A stretch of 63,773 bases of DNA, the filler included, from Octopus bimaculoides (lineage: Eukaryota): the NCBI RefSeq assembly GCF_001194135.2. It is 4 parts of 4 records of this genome, joined end to end, with 100 filler letters (N's around TTAATTAATTAA, not from the genome) between each part and the next. Parts side by side here need not be neighbours in the genome. Positions count along the whole stretch, not along the records: positions 12,299 to 37,401 come from NC_068982.1; 3 more parts are not named here. One strand, written 5' to 3'. A program made the position numbers and the translations under genes. Below are positions 12,740-25,420 of this stretch, piece after piece (position 1 is the first letter of the stretch; the number at the start of each line of letters is the position of its first letter). The notes beneath the pieces were generated by a model. It was not told the DNA's origin. It made no database searches and saw nothing but the letters and a program-made list of their open reading frames with translations.

Positions 12740-13040
12740 TATGTATGACTGTATGATTAAGAAGCTTACATTTTTGCAACCAAGTGGTTTCAGGTTCAGT
12801 CCCACTGCATAGCACCTTGGTTAAATGCCTTCTACTATAGCCCTGGGCTGATTAATTTCCTGTGAGTGAATTTGGTAGGAAGAAAAGGAAAGGAGAACAT
12901 TATATGTGTGTGTCTGTGCATGTTTGGGTCACTCAACTTCTTAATAACTGGTGTTGGTTTGTTTGCACTCCTGTAAATTAGCAGTTCAGAAAAAGAGACT
13001 AATAGGATAAGTAACAATTAAGAAAATAAGCACTGGTGTT
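12740..13040 (+). mobile_element. tRNA-derived SINE 'family B' (CORE-like domain), CpG-decayed
   Basis: ggttcagtcccactgcatagcaccttggttaaatgccttctactatagccctgggctga; CORE-like accttgggcaagt motif seen in better copies (25218-25420). Confidence 0.75.
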
Positions 13041-14190
13041 GCTTCAAGGCAGATGACTGAAAGGAAAGGTAAAAAGGTATATATTTCTGTAAAGGGAGTA
13101 GAGTCTCAGTTATTTTAACAAGAATTTCAAAGGCAGAGTGAGTGAAATATGGCAAATGAAATTTGTCAGTTTAAAGAGGAAAGTGGCTGATGATTTTCAC
13201 AAGGGTTTGGGAGATAAAGGGCAATGCAAGAGCATAAGCCAAAGACAGTCGAGATCCAACCTTGTAAGTGGTAGTGATAGCAAGGAGCTAAAAGTGGATT
13301 AGAATGAAACCGGTATTTAAATACTAATGACTTAAGTGCTGGCTATAATTTCTATAGAATATTTGTTGAGATAACCCCAACTAGAATGAAACTGTTGACA
13401 TTATGATATGCAATGACTTAACAAAACTTTCTGATTGTTTTGTTGGTGGTGCTTTAGAAAGGCAGTATAGGAGGGTAAGAAAAGAGAAAGTTCCTTAAAT
13501 AGGAGGTTTTTAGGTACTCATATGAAATATGATGATAGCAGAGTATTCACATTAAAAATGGGATGTTTTGAATTTGTATCAAATACACGATATACAATCT
13601 GTCTGGAGTTGGACTGTAAAGAAAAATACAGCGTTTTCAGGCTAGAGAGATGTTCAGAGATTGTATCATCATAGATAAGGTAGACAAATGCAATGAGTAA
13701 ACCCATAACTAAAAGCAGAAAATAAAATTTTGATAAGTAGTAAAGGGAAATGACCAATAGATGGTTGCAGTAGTTCTTTTGTTTGATGAGGTGTCTGTGT
13801 GGATAATAGGGGGGAGGGGGAGGGGATAAAAGAATGCTACAATGTGTGCAGAAAGAATCTAAACATTCTCAAGTAGCATCAGTAGTACTTGGTACAGCTG
13901 GAAAAACTGACGCAACTCAGAGAAGATCCAAAGTCTTTATGATTTCAAGTTGACAGCTGACATAAAGAGTGTCTTGCATTGCAGAGTGCTGCAATATATA
14001 CATATATACATATACACATACATAATGCATATGTGCATGCACAAATACACACATTGTTAAAGTTTATTCTTTTTCATTACTTCAAGTTTCATACAAAAGT
14101 GGCATTCATCAAGTGGAACATCAACAAAGACATTCAAAATGAAATATTGCTCTTTTGTTCATACAATTCATACAAGTACTTGCAAACTAG

Positions 14191-14236
<46 letters not shown>

Positions 14237-14361
14237 TACATAACTATATTTATGTATATATCTGTGTATGTGTGCATGTGTACACAATTAATAAGATTAC
14301 TGTTGAAAGAATTCTGACATACTGAAACACCTGTACAATACAAGGTGTGTGTGTGTAAATA

Positions 14362-14435
<74 letters not shown>

Positions 14436-14959
14436 CATATATACATACATATTTACATACATATATACATACACACACACACATGTATGTACGTGTATAT
14501 ATGTATGTATGCAGACTGAGTATTTCAGTCACCATGATGTGTTCATGTAATGACTTGAGACCACTGTCCAACAACAAATAGTTATTTCTAGTCAAAGAGC
14601 AATGTAAGAATTTGAGGTGTGTTTAAACGATTTTTTCCAAAGTTTTGCATCTGCACCAATATTGTTCCAGTATTGTCATCTGCCTAAGACTGGATATTTT
14701 TCATTTTCTCATTTCTTTTTCTTTCTTTCTTTCTTTCTTTTCTTTGGCATTTAAACTAATTTACTAATTCTCCAAAGAACTTAAAGTTCCAGACAATCAA
14801 TTCTGTTTTAGCTTTGTGTAATTTTGAGGTAACAAAATTCTTTGAAGACAGTGGAAAAAATTTTTTTAATCCAATTTTGGTAACTAAATAAATGAGAACC
14901 AGTTGCTTGGGAAATTAAACAAAAGATGGAGTTAACCACACATTACAAGAGCTATTGGT

Positions 14960-15185
14960 CAAAGAATGGCAAGGGAGAGAGAGAGAGAGAGTTGAGAGAG
15001 AGAGAGAGTTGAGAGAGAGAGAGAGGGAGAGAGAGAGTTGAGAGAGAGAGATAGAGAATGAAAGAATAATACATACAAATGAAGAAAAGTTGGGAGAAAA
15101 GAGAGTAGGAAAGATAGTGGCGAGAAGCTGGAGGAGAGAGAGAGAGAGGGTTGAGAGAGAAGCAGACACAGCTGTATATATATAT

Positions 15186-15221
<36 letters not shown>

Positions 15222-15269
15222 GATAGATAGATTGACAGACAGACAGATAAATAGATTAGATAGATAGAT

Positions 15270-15318
<49 letters not shown>

Positions 15319-15770
15319 AGAAACAGAAGATAATACAAATATAGAGAAGGAAAGAAAGATGTAAAAAGATGGAGACAGATTGTGTGTGTGTGTGAGAGAG
15401 AGAGAGAGACAGACAGACAGAAAGCAAAAGAAAGGATAACACAAATAATGAAGAGAATATGGGAGAGAAGAGAGGAGGAAAGGAAGAGGTGAAAAGCTAG
15501 GGAAAGAGACTGTGTGAAGAGAAATATAGAAAAAGGGAGATAAGAAATAGAAACAGAAAGGGAGCAAGTTAAAAGAAGAGAAGGTGAACAGGAAGAAAGG
15601 CAAATAGTGAGTGAGATTAAAAGAGACTGTGGCTTTATAGTAAGAGAAGACAAGACAGGAGTTAATCTAAAAGGAAGAAAGTGGATGGAAAGAGAGAGAG
15701 GGAGAGAAGAGAGAGAGGAAAGTAGAGAGTGAGAGAAGAAAGCGGCAGAGAGGAGAGATAGACTGGTGTG
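14960..15770. repeat. Compound polypurine tract: (GA)n, (GATA)n, (GACA)n and degenerate A/G-rich sequence
   Basis: Direct inspection; strong purine strand bias over ~800 bp. Confidence 0.85.
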
Positions 15771-15962
15771 CTGATTGGTTGGTGGAGTTTGATGAATGAA
15801 ACGTGTGTGTGGTAGTGGAGATCTGTGTGAAATGAAACACTTGCAGAGATGGAATGTTTCAAGATTTCAGACGACTGACAATAACCATTGGGTGGCACAT
15901 GGTGGACAGAGAATGGTACAAGATGGCATGCAAAGGGTGATCAAAAAAGAAGACAATCTACA

Positions 15963-16200
15963 ATAAGGCGGCGAGCTGGCAGAAACGTTAGCACGACGGG
16001 TGAAATGCTTAGCGGTATTTCGTCTGTCTTTAAGTTCTGAGTTCAAATTCCGCCAAGGTCGACTTTGCCTTTCATCTTTTCGGGGTCGATAAATTAAGTA
16101 CCAGTTACGCACTGGGGTCGATGTAATCGACTTAATCCCTTTGTCTGTCTTTGTTTGTCCCCTCTATGTTTAGCCCCTTGTGGGCAATAAAGAAATAAGA
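15963..16200 (+). mobile_element. Full-length family-A SINE with 13-bp TSD
   Basis: ggcggcgagctggcagaaacgttagcacg...ctgagttcaaattccgccaaggtcgactttgcc; TSD aagacaatctaca at 15950-15962 and 16201-16213. Confidence 0.92.
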
Positions 16201-16233
16201 AAGACAATCTACATTAGCAATACAAGTAGTAGT

Positions 16234-16270
<37 letters not shown>

Positions 16271-16429
16271 ATAGTAGTAGTAGTAGTTGTTGTTTAGCTC
16301 CAGAGCAGCTTTGATCAAAGACATTTTAGTGGTGACCAATCTGTCTATTTCTTTATCTGGGACTTCATTGTCCAATGTATTCTTACCCATTTTTTTAAAA
16401 TAAAAAGATGTTAATTGTGTTTATCTTTT

Positions 16430-16866
16430 ATCTTTTATTTGTTTCAGTGCTGTGGGAACTGCATTGATGAATATTTTTAGTTGAATGAATTGACCCTAAT
16501 ACTTATTTCTTTATAAGCTGCTACTTATTCTATCAGTCTCTTTTGCTGAATTGCTAAGTTATGGGCACATAATCACACCAACAATGGTTGCCAAGCAGTG
16601 TGGTGAGGGACAAACACAGATACAAAGATACATGCACATACGCACACACACACACTCATACACTTGCACACACACACAGACGCACACAGACACACACACA
16701 CACACACACACACGACAGGCTTCTTTCAGTTTCTGTCTATCAGATTCACTCACAAGGATTTGGTTGGCCCAAGGCTATAGAAGAAGACACTTGCTCAAGG
16801 TGCCATGCAGTGGGACTGAACCTGAAACCATGTGGTTAGGAAGCAAACTTCTAGTCACACAGCCTT
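16430..16866 (-). mobile_element. Family-B SINE with internal (CA)n
   Basis: cacttgctcaaggtgccatgcagtgggactgaacc head region plus ttttgctgaattgctaagttatggg tail region. Confidence 0.8.
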
Positions 16867-17021
16867 GTGATTCTTTGGAATTTATATAAATGTAACAAAA
16901 GCAAAGTTTGAAGGAAATATTAACCATTTTGCATACTGTCTAGGGGTAAGCAAATAGGAAATAATAGCAGCTACCCAAGGACAAAAATTGTGTTACACAG
17001 TGTTTAATGTTTATCTTTAAT

Positions 17022-17290
17022 GGCGCTATGTCTTTCCGTCTGACGTCGCTTCGTCAAATGTCTTTTCGTCCAAGACTTTTGGTCCAACGTCTTTTTGTCC
17101 GATGATTTTTTTGTCGAACAACAAATCCTATCAATAAAATTCTCAATGATTATTTGATTTTGATGTTCACCTTGTTTTCTAAAGAGTTTATTTAAAATTG
17201 GACAAAAAAATCATTGGAAAAAAAGACATCAGCCCAAAAGATGTGGATGAAGTCACGTTGGACAAAGTGACATTGGACAAAAGGATGGGT
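17022..17290. mobile_element. Fold-back MITE with ~90-bp imperfect TIRs built from short subrepeats
   Basis: Left gtctttttgtccgatgatttttttgtcgaa matches the reverse complement of right ttggacaaaaaaatcattggaaaaaaagac; repeated ttcgtccaa/ttggacaaa motifs. Confidence 0.65.
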
Positions 17291-18247
17291 CATGAATGAT
17301 CTTTACTCTAGGCATAAAACCTGAAATTTATATTCAGAGAACAAAGTACTACTGGAAACCCACAGACATCTGCCTAGAATTGAATAGCACATGTCTGTTT
17401 TGTCCATCTATTTTTTACAAGTATATCAAACTGCTCAATGTCTCTTATTCTCAGAGCAAGAAACTTAACTCTGGCAAAACAACCTTTCCATTACAAAAAC
17501 GTAAAAACAACAGAGGCTGAAAAAAGTTACTCAACATTTCAAACACAAGTTAAATAAAGACAAACTTAAGTAAATTCTTCATTATTTTTGAAATTATTGA
17601 AACAAAGGTATTGTATTTTAACAGAAATATAGTAATGAAGGCAGTATGGTAGGTAATAAAGGCACATTTAGGATTTCTATGGGACAAAACAGACAAGATT
17701 CCAGACAAGAAACTTAGCTCTGCTAAAGCAACCTTTCCATTGCAAAAAGTAAGAACAACAGAAGATGAAAAAAAGAAAAGGAAGAAATACAAGCAAAGTG
17801 GAGATTTTGAAGAATCAATTATAGAAAAAATAACAGGCATGGAAAATAGAAGTATACAAAAAGAATATAATGAGATATCTCAACAGAGAACAGTCACTGA
17901 GGGCCAATAAAGTAATTCTGGTTTGGTTTGACTACAAAGGTCAAGTATCCAATTCCATCTGTCTCTTCCATGCTGTCATATAAGTGCATGCTGTGAGTAG
18001 ATATATTTATGTGGGCTATTCTCACCACCCACACATGGTGCTATAGTGACTTTAGAGTTTACACAGAAAAGCAGTCTAAGATGAGGGTCTATTGAAGTTA
18101 GCCATCGTCCCAAGGATGGGAAGTACTCCTGAATATATTTTTCAGCTGATCCTTGTTGATGCACAGAGTCACCTCAAGAAATTCTTGTCTATCACAAAAC
18201 TCCTGCACAATGGGAAAACTTAATGTATTACTAGGTGCATCATGTGA

Positions 18248-18947
18248 ATGACAGGGGAGAAGAGGGAGGAAGGGGAGAAGAAGAAAAAGAAGAAGAAGAA
18301 AGAGAAGAAAAAGGAGGGGGAGGAGGAGGAAGGGGAGAAGGAGAAGAAGAAGAAGAAAGAGGAGAAAGATAATAAGGAAGAAAAGAAGATGAAGAAGAAG
18401 AAGAAGAAGAAGAAGAAAGAGGAGAAAGAAAATAAGGAAGAAAAGAAAGAGAAGAAGAAGAAAAAGAAGAAAGAAAAGAAGAATAGAAGAAAGGGAAGAA
18501 GAAGAATAGAAGAAAGGGAAGAAGAAGAAGAAGAAGAAAGAGGAGAAAGAAAATAAGGAAGAAAAGAAGAAAGAGAAGAAGAAGAAAAAGAAGAAGAAGA
18601 AAGAAAAGAAGGAAGAAAAGAAGAAAGAGAAGAAAAAGAAGAAGAAGAAAGAGAAGAAAAAGAAGAAGAAAGAGAAGAAGAAAGAGGAGAAACAAAAGAA
18701 GAAAGAGAAGAAGAAGAAAAGAAGAAAGAGAAGAAGAAGAAAAAAAGAAGACGAAGAAGAAGAAGAAGAAGAAAGAGGAGAAAGAAAATAAGGAAGAAAA
18801 GAAGAAAGAGAAGAAGAAGAAGAAAAAGAAGAAAGAAAAGAAGAAAGAGAAGACGAAAGAGAAGAAGAAGAAAAGAAGAAGAGGAGAAAGAAAAGAAGAA
18901 AGAGAAGAAGAAGAAGAAAAGAAGAAGAAGATGAAGAGGAAAAAACA
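18248..18947. repeat. ~700-bp GAA-rich polypurine tract with higher-order subunit
   Basis: Recurrent aagaaagaggagaaagaaaataaggaagaaaag-like unit at ~18352, 18412, 18535 and 18770 within degenerate (GAA)n. Confidence 0.9.
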
Positions 18948-19615
18948 AACTAACTTGTTTTAAAGTGTTATCTCTAGCAGGTGTGTGTAATTCTTAACCT
19001 AATATAAGGTGAGATTATCAATTCTGACTTGTTTCACCTTTGAACTAAAAACGAAGATGACGATGAAGGTATCAGTGACAATGTCAATAGTAATGGTATT
19101 TATGATGACAACAAAGATGATGATAATGAGAATGGAGGTGATGACAAAGACAGTGATAATTATTGTCAACCAACTTGTGACTGAAGGTCATATTGTAAGG
19201 TAACAAATATTGAATGCATCAATGTAATTTTATGTGTGTGTGTGTATGCGTGTATTAGCCATATATGACTGTGTGAGTACTTATGTGGCAACATAAGAGT
19301 CAAAAGATTTCATCACATTGAAGGATGAGTTAACATTAGAATTAATTGTCATAGATGCATCATATATCATGCATACATACACATATATAGAACTCAATGT
19401 AGATTGTTTCAGGATAAAGTGTTAGTCGAGTACAGAGCATAATATGAAATTAAGTAAATGAGAAAGGAACATGAGATTATGCAATGAGCTTCACTGACTT
19501 ACAGCTGTTTCTACTAAAAGATACAATGCAATCATACGTGAGTGCTTGTGCATCACTTTATTTGTCCCTGGAGCTTCAAAAATGAAGTGCAAGTTTATCT
19601 GGGAAAGCATATATA

Positions 19616-20290
19616 TACATCATCATCATCGTTTAACATCCGCTTTCCATGCTAGCATGGGTTGGACGATTTGACTGAGGACTGGCAAGCCAGAAGGCTG
19701 CACCAGGCTCCAATCTTATCTGGCAGAGTTTCTACAGCTGGATGCCCTTCCTAACACCAACCACTCTGAGAGTGTAGTGGGTGCTTTTACGTGCCATCGG
19801 CACGAAGGCCAGCCACATGGTACTGGCAACGGCCACACTCAAAAAAGGTGTATTCTACGTGCCATCTGCATGGGAGCCAGTCCAGTGGCACTGGCAACGA
19901 CCTCACTCGAATGATTTTCTAACGTGCCACCAGCACAAGTGCTAGAAGGCAACACTGGTAACAATTACGCTCAAATGGTGCTATTTACGGGCCACTAGCA
20001 CAGAAGCCAGACAGCTGCTCTGACAATGAACACGCTCGACAGTGCTGTCAGTGCTCCACTGGTGCAGTGCCAGTCATCGAGTATGGTTCAATTACAATTT
20101 CACTTACCCCAACAGGTCTTCACAAGCAGAGTTTAGTGTCCAATGAAGGAGAGGTTGGCATGGGTGACAGTCGTCAGATTTGGTTCGATTTCGATTTCAG
20201 ATTTAAAATTTCAAATTCCAAATTCACTTGCCTCAACAGGTCTTTGCAAGCAGGGTTTTTAGTGTGCAATGAAGTAAAGATACGAATTAG
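19616..20290 (-). mobile_element. Repeat 'family D', resembling an RTE-group LINE 3' end or derived SINE, with (GAT)n tail
   Basis: catcatcatcgtttaacatccgctttccatgctagcatgggttggacg...ctggatgcccttcctaacaccaacc; same family at 25855-25985 and 61840-62245. Confidence 0.7.
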
Positions 20291-20719
20291 TGAGCTGGCT
20301 ACATTTCTGGCAGAGATCACAGATTATGCTCTGAATTTCGTAAAGAATATTCCTTGGATCCCACTACCTTACAAAAAAATATTGTTATATTCAGAAGTCA
20401 TAGGGGCTGGCATAGGACTGCCAACAGACCAACACCAGTTGTCACTTGATATTGGGGTAAATACACACACACACGTATACATAACCCTCCCACCATATAT
20501 ATATCCTCACACATGTATACATGCATACATGATTGGCTGCCATACAATTTTCATCTACCAAATTCACTCAAATGGCATGTCAGTTTGGGGTTATAGTAGA
20601 AGACAGTTGCCCAAGATACTGCACAGTGAGGCAGACCCCAAAACTACGTGCTTGCAATTAATTAAAGTACTTTATTATCGAAGGACATTCATGTATTTTA
20701 CAAAACATTAAAAAATTTT

Positions 20720-21520
20720 GATCAAACAATACATCAAAAAAAAAAAAAATGATAGAACAATAGAAACCCTAATATATGCAAATCTAACTTGAGATTAAAA
20801 AACATGAACAATTTAGGCAATAACATGGAATACATTTTTATAATGACTGAAAGGAAAATTAAATAGATATTTAAACAATTTTGACCTATGGAAAGACAGC
20901 TTGGATAAGCTTCCTGAATTTAAGACACTCATAAATAATATAAGCATAGCATCTAGTTTAGTACAGAGTACAGCAAGGAAAGATTACTTTTCTTAGATAT
21001 TGATATATTGGTTATAGAAAAATGAGTAAGATTTAGACAGATGTATTATCTAAACCACTTGACTTGGGGCAATATTTACTTTTTACTTCATGCCATCAGA
21101 ATCAATATTCCATTCAGTCTAGCTAAAAGAGTATGTGTCATTGTTCCAAATGAAAGCATATGAAAGAAAAACCAAAAAGAACTAGATGATATTTTGATTG
21201 AAAGATGTTATCTACCATCATCCAATGAAAACAGAATTAAGAGGTTAGAGGTATTTTACATCTGTGATTTCATAATTGTAAAAATCGAAGCAGATACAAA
21301 TGTTTAATCTACATTTCAGTACATACGTAACCCTATAAATATCGAGGTTTTTAATATAAACTATCCAAATTTATTAATGTCAAAATTAGTAGAGTTACAG
21401 AAGACCAAGGGATAACTAAAAGCAAAAACCAGCCAAAATCGCTAAATAATCTGATAAACTAAAGCCCAGTTATGTAAGAATTTAGTTAGACATATAAATC
21501 CCTATAAATCCCAATGGTTT
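20720..21520 (+). pseudogene. Degenerate Penelope-like element reverse-transcriptase fragment
   Basis: Manual translation across stops: LIYANLT, KERLLFLDIDILV, NIPFSLAKRVCVIVPNESI*KKNQKELDDILIERCYLP, matching the PLE RT palm/thumb pattern (APxYANL; LPFLDI; IPFSLAxRI). Confidence 0.7.
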
Positions 21521-21565
21521 GCTACTTGATTTTAATATTTACACATACCTAACTTCTTGAACATT

Positions 21566-21953
21566 TTGTTGTTGGCACTCCGTTGCTTACGACGTCGAGG
21601 GTTCCAGTTGATCCAATCAACGGAACAGCCTGCTCGTGAAATTAACGTGCAAGTGGCTGACCACTCCACAGACACATGTAACCTTAACGTAGTTCTCGGG
21701 GATATTCAGCATGACACAGTGACAAGGCTGACCCTTTGAATTACAGGCACAACAGAAACAGGAAGTAAGAGTGAGAGAAAGTTGTGGTGGAGGAGTACAG
21801 CAGGGTTCGCCACCATCCCCTGCCAGAGCCTCGTGGTGCTTTAGGTGTTTTCGCTCAATAAACACTCACAGTGCCTGACCTGGGAATCGAAACCGCGATC
21901 CTATGACTGCGAGTCCACTGCCCTAACCACTGGGCCATTGTGCCTCCACACAC
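21566..21953 (-). mobile_element. Full-length tRNA-derived SINE 'family C' with 11-bp TSD, CpG-decayed
   Basis: TSD tcttgaacatt at 21555-21565 and 21954-21964; head gtggaggcacaatggcccagtggttaggg on the minus strand; (aac)n tail. Confidence 0.92.
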
Positions 21954-22020
21954 TCTTGAACATTAACAGCATGTTATACAAAGTTTATTTAGCCTGAATT
22001 CAAAATTGACTTTTTTTTTT

Positions 22021-22061
<41 letters not shown>

Positions 22062-22446
22062 TAGTGAGATCCAACTACATATACCTGTTCATGAGTGCAG
22101 GATTGGAAAATTTCACTTCTGCAATTTTGGTAGATATCCAGGGTGAAGAGAATACTTTACTTTAATTCTATTTTCCACCAAACAGAGTCTGCACTGACTA
22201 CTATTGAAGTAAGGCTTGCACAACTTCAGTATTCTCCACTTGATGCTGTAATTTGTGGTGCTTTCTTTCAATGACTATAAATGCTTGGCTGTCCTCATCA
22301 ATGGAGATATGTTGCTGGAAACTTGCACATTGCATCATAACTCTAGATTTTAGACTTTAAATGTTAGACCTTCCACTATCAATACTTACCCTCACCACAG
22401 TCTGAGGGTTCAATACAAGTTTTGCCACACCCAGCTTATTTCTCAT

Positions 22447-22489
<43 letters not shown>

Positions 22490-22721
22490 TGTTTACATGT
22501 TCACACATGATTTAAGAGTGACCACTCTCTCCCATCTCAACTTACCACACTGCCCTGCACACACTTGAATGCCATCCCACCAGCACTCCAACCCCAGCCC
22601 CAGCCCCACTCTACAGGCATTTATTCTTCATATCATGATATCACCGTCGGATTCTTATCCACAGAACATAATTTAAGTTAAAAAAATTTCCCCCTCTGAG
22701 CTTTTCACTTTTATTCTATTC

Positions 22722-23125
22722 TTTTAATTGTTTCAGTCATTTGACTGTGACCATGCTGGAGCATAGCCTTGAAGGGTTTTTTAGTTGAAGAAATTGACCT
22801 CAGGACTTTTTCTTTGGAAGCCTAGTTCTTATTCTATTGGTCACTTTTGCTGAACTGTTAGGTTATGGGGGTCATAAACATGCCAACATCAGTTGTCAAA
22901 CGATGGTGGAGGAACAAACACAGACACAAAGGAACATACACATAAATATACGCACATACATATATGACGGGTTTCTTTCAGTTTCTGTCTACCAGATCCA
23001 CTCACAAGATTTTTGACCAGTCCGAGGATAAAGTAGAAGACACTTGCCCAAGGTGTCATGCAGTGGGACTGATCCCAGAACCATGTGATTGGGAAGCAAG
23101 TTTCTTAACACACAACCACACCTGT
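22722..23125 (-). mobile_element. Family-B SINE
   Basis: gtttcagtcatttgactgtgaccatgctggagc tail and cacttgcccaaggtgtcatgcagtgggact head. Confidence 0.8.
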
Positions 23126-23889
23126 ACCTGTGTTTATTTTTTTCATTCCAGGGTTTTTTGCAGCACTTACCAACTAGATATGAAAATTTCTGACCTCCAG
23201 TGGCAAAGTGCTGTCACTATACTCTTTCTCCAAGCCTTTCTGGTAAGTGCCAGGGTTTGTGGTTTTTTTCCAAACTCTCATGTACAAAATCAATTGGTAA
23301 AATGAGCTGAAATGGATTTATAGTACTGTATTGTATAAATATTATTGCACATTTACACACACACATACATGAATCAATGAGTCATGAAATACAAAAACAT
23401 TACTCACCTTTTCATCAATAGAATCCTTAACAAATTACATTCATAATATTACCTAACACACACACACACACACACACACAAAGAAAGAAAATGAAAAAAC
23501 CAACATGTGCTGTTTTACCATTATCTAGAGGATTCCATTCAGTAAAATTTATCAGCATATTTAAGGTCAACAGTCAACACAAGGTTAAAACAATAACCCT
23601 ACAATAATATTACCTTAACTTCGACACAACTTGACTGAATTTAATGCAACTCTTTACAAAAATTTGATTATTTTAATATTGCTTTTTACCACCTCCCCCC
23701 ACACATGTGTATAACTTGTATTTTTCTTGCCGAGTTATTTTCCTGTGCCTCTAGATGTGAGCCATTTGTGAGGTATATGGAATAGGCTAAAAGAAAAAGG
23801 ACCAATTACTAGAAGATAAGAAATGAAGAAATATCTGAATAGTGCTGTAATGTATCTGAGGGGCAAGAGGAGGTCATTCTCCCTTTAGA

Positions 23890-24622
23890 CAATACTTTTA
23901 TGGAAGCGACACTTTTGGGGGCTGGTGTTAAAACCTATGTAAGATTTTGTTGCCTTTCCCATGCGCGAAATTTTACGAAAAACCAGCACAATAAAGATTA
24001 TATTTTTCCAAGTAATGTGGCTGGGTTTGTTTTTCGAAAATTTTTATCAGAGGCACAGAAAAAAAATAATTTCAATTTTTTGTGCATTAAAAAAAAAAAG
24101 CTATAGCTTACGCTCTTTCTAATTACTATGTTTTTTTTAACTTCAGTTACAAATGTCTTCAAACGTCGACATTCAAACAGCTTTTCCATATTGAGACAAA
24201 CGGACTCTGCACAATTGTATCCATCCGGGAACGCGTTTTCAATAATTAAAATTCACAATTCTAATCAGTGTACATGAACGTCCAACCTATGATTGATCTT
24301 GAACAGTTTCGATTAACATTCTTGTGTCGCCAATACAACAATCACACTACCATATATTTTTCTTTTAAGGCGAGGTTATACCACAAATAAGGTTCCGTGA
24401 CTACATGGGGCTATGGGTACACACGTGAAGTTAGTTTTACAATATCGACCCACAAAATCCTTAGCATCGTATTGTTTTTGGGTTGTTCTTACTTTTTTTT
24501 TGTTTTTGGAATTTTTTTTTATTTTTTATCTTTAGTTCTTTTTATTATTCAAAATATACATAGGAAATAGCCTTTAACCAAATCCACCACACTGCCCGAG
24601 TGAAACCGGGAAAAACAGCTAA
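23890..24622 (+). mobile_element. Possible non-autonomous Helitron-like insertion (5' boundary uncertain)
   Basis: CpG-retaining island in a CpG-poor block; ends gcccgagtgaaaccggg-aaaaacag-ctaa|t, resembling a Helitron 3' hairpin plus CTRR. Confidence 0.4.
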
Positions 24623-24879
24623 TACATATATATATATATATATAAGAAAACTGGTAAACGGAAAATTTTGGGTATTATTTATACACCATTACACATGTTT
24701 TATATTCTAATAGGAATTAGAAAATTTTACATGTTAGACATGTAAGGAATTTCCTATCAGAAATTTTTCAGACTGAGAAATTAAATAAGAACGGAATAAA
24801 TAATAATGGAATAAGTAGATGTGCTTCAAGAGGAAACAGCTGGGATTCATCCTAACTACCTGCATTATATACATGGCAC

Positions 24880-25200
24880 TCTGTTGATTAGAACAAGGGT
24901 TCCAGTTGATCCAATCAATGGAGCAGCCAGCTCATGAAATTGATGTAGAAATGGCTGAGCACTTCATAGATATGTGTACCACTTAACATAGTTCTCAAGG
25001 AGATTCAGCAGGACACAGGCAGTGACAAGGATGACCCTTTGAAAAATAGGTACTACTCATTTTTGCCAGCTGAGTGAACTGGAGCAATGCGAAATAAAAT
25101 GTTTTGCTCAAGGACACATTATGGTACTGGAAATCGAACTCATGACTTTATGATCGTGAGCTGACAATGCATTTCACTAACCATGAAACCATGCTTCTCA
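24880..25200 (-). mobile_element. Mosaic SINE: family-F head joined to family-C 3' domain
   Basis: 25050-25200 matches the F head (gctcaaggacac, gctgagtgaactggagcaa); 24880-25045 matches the C tail (gggttccagttgatccaatcaatggagcagcc). Confidence 0.65.
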
Positions 25201-25217
25201 CAAACATATATATATAT

Positions 25218-25420
25218 AGGTGTGGGCATGGCTGTGTGGTTAGGAAGCTTGCTTCCCAGCTACATGGTTTTGGGTTCAGTCCCACCGCGTGGCACCTTGG
25301 GCAAGTGTCTTCTGCTATAGCCCCGGGCCGACCGAAGCTTTGTGATTGAATTTGGTAGGTGGAAGTTACTGCCGTGTGTGTATATGTCTGTGTATGTGCT
25401 TGTGCCTCTTTGAAAGAGAG
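25218..25420 (+). mobile_element. Family-B SINE 5' half
   Basis: ggcatggctgtgtggttaggaagcttgcttccc...gggttcagtcccaccgcgtggcaccttgggcaagtgtcttctgctatagccccgggccgacc. Confidence 0.85.

Noticed and set aside
15967-16060. tRNA genes at SINE 5' ends (also ~37120, ~25220, ~50820)
   Set aside because: Only A/B-box-like heads fused to SINE bodies with TSDs; no complete cloverleaf could be supported.
18220-18948. 242-aa F/L/S-rich and 102-aa K/E-rich ORFs
   Set aside because: Both strands of a GAA-rich simple repeat; no splice or start context and no complexity.
19030-19200. Asp-rich acidic peptide frame
   Set aside because: Decayed (GAT)n repeat; no splice or codon evidence.
20067-20711. 214-aa ORF
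   Set aside because: Runs from a family-D repeat through unique sequence into CA-type microsatellite and a SINE-B remnant; a chimeric chance frame starting at GTG.
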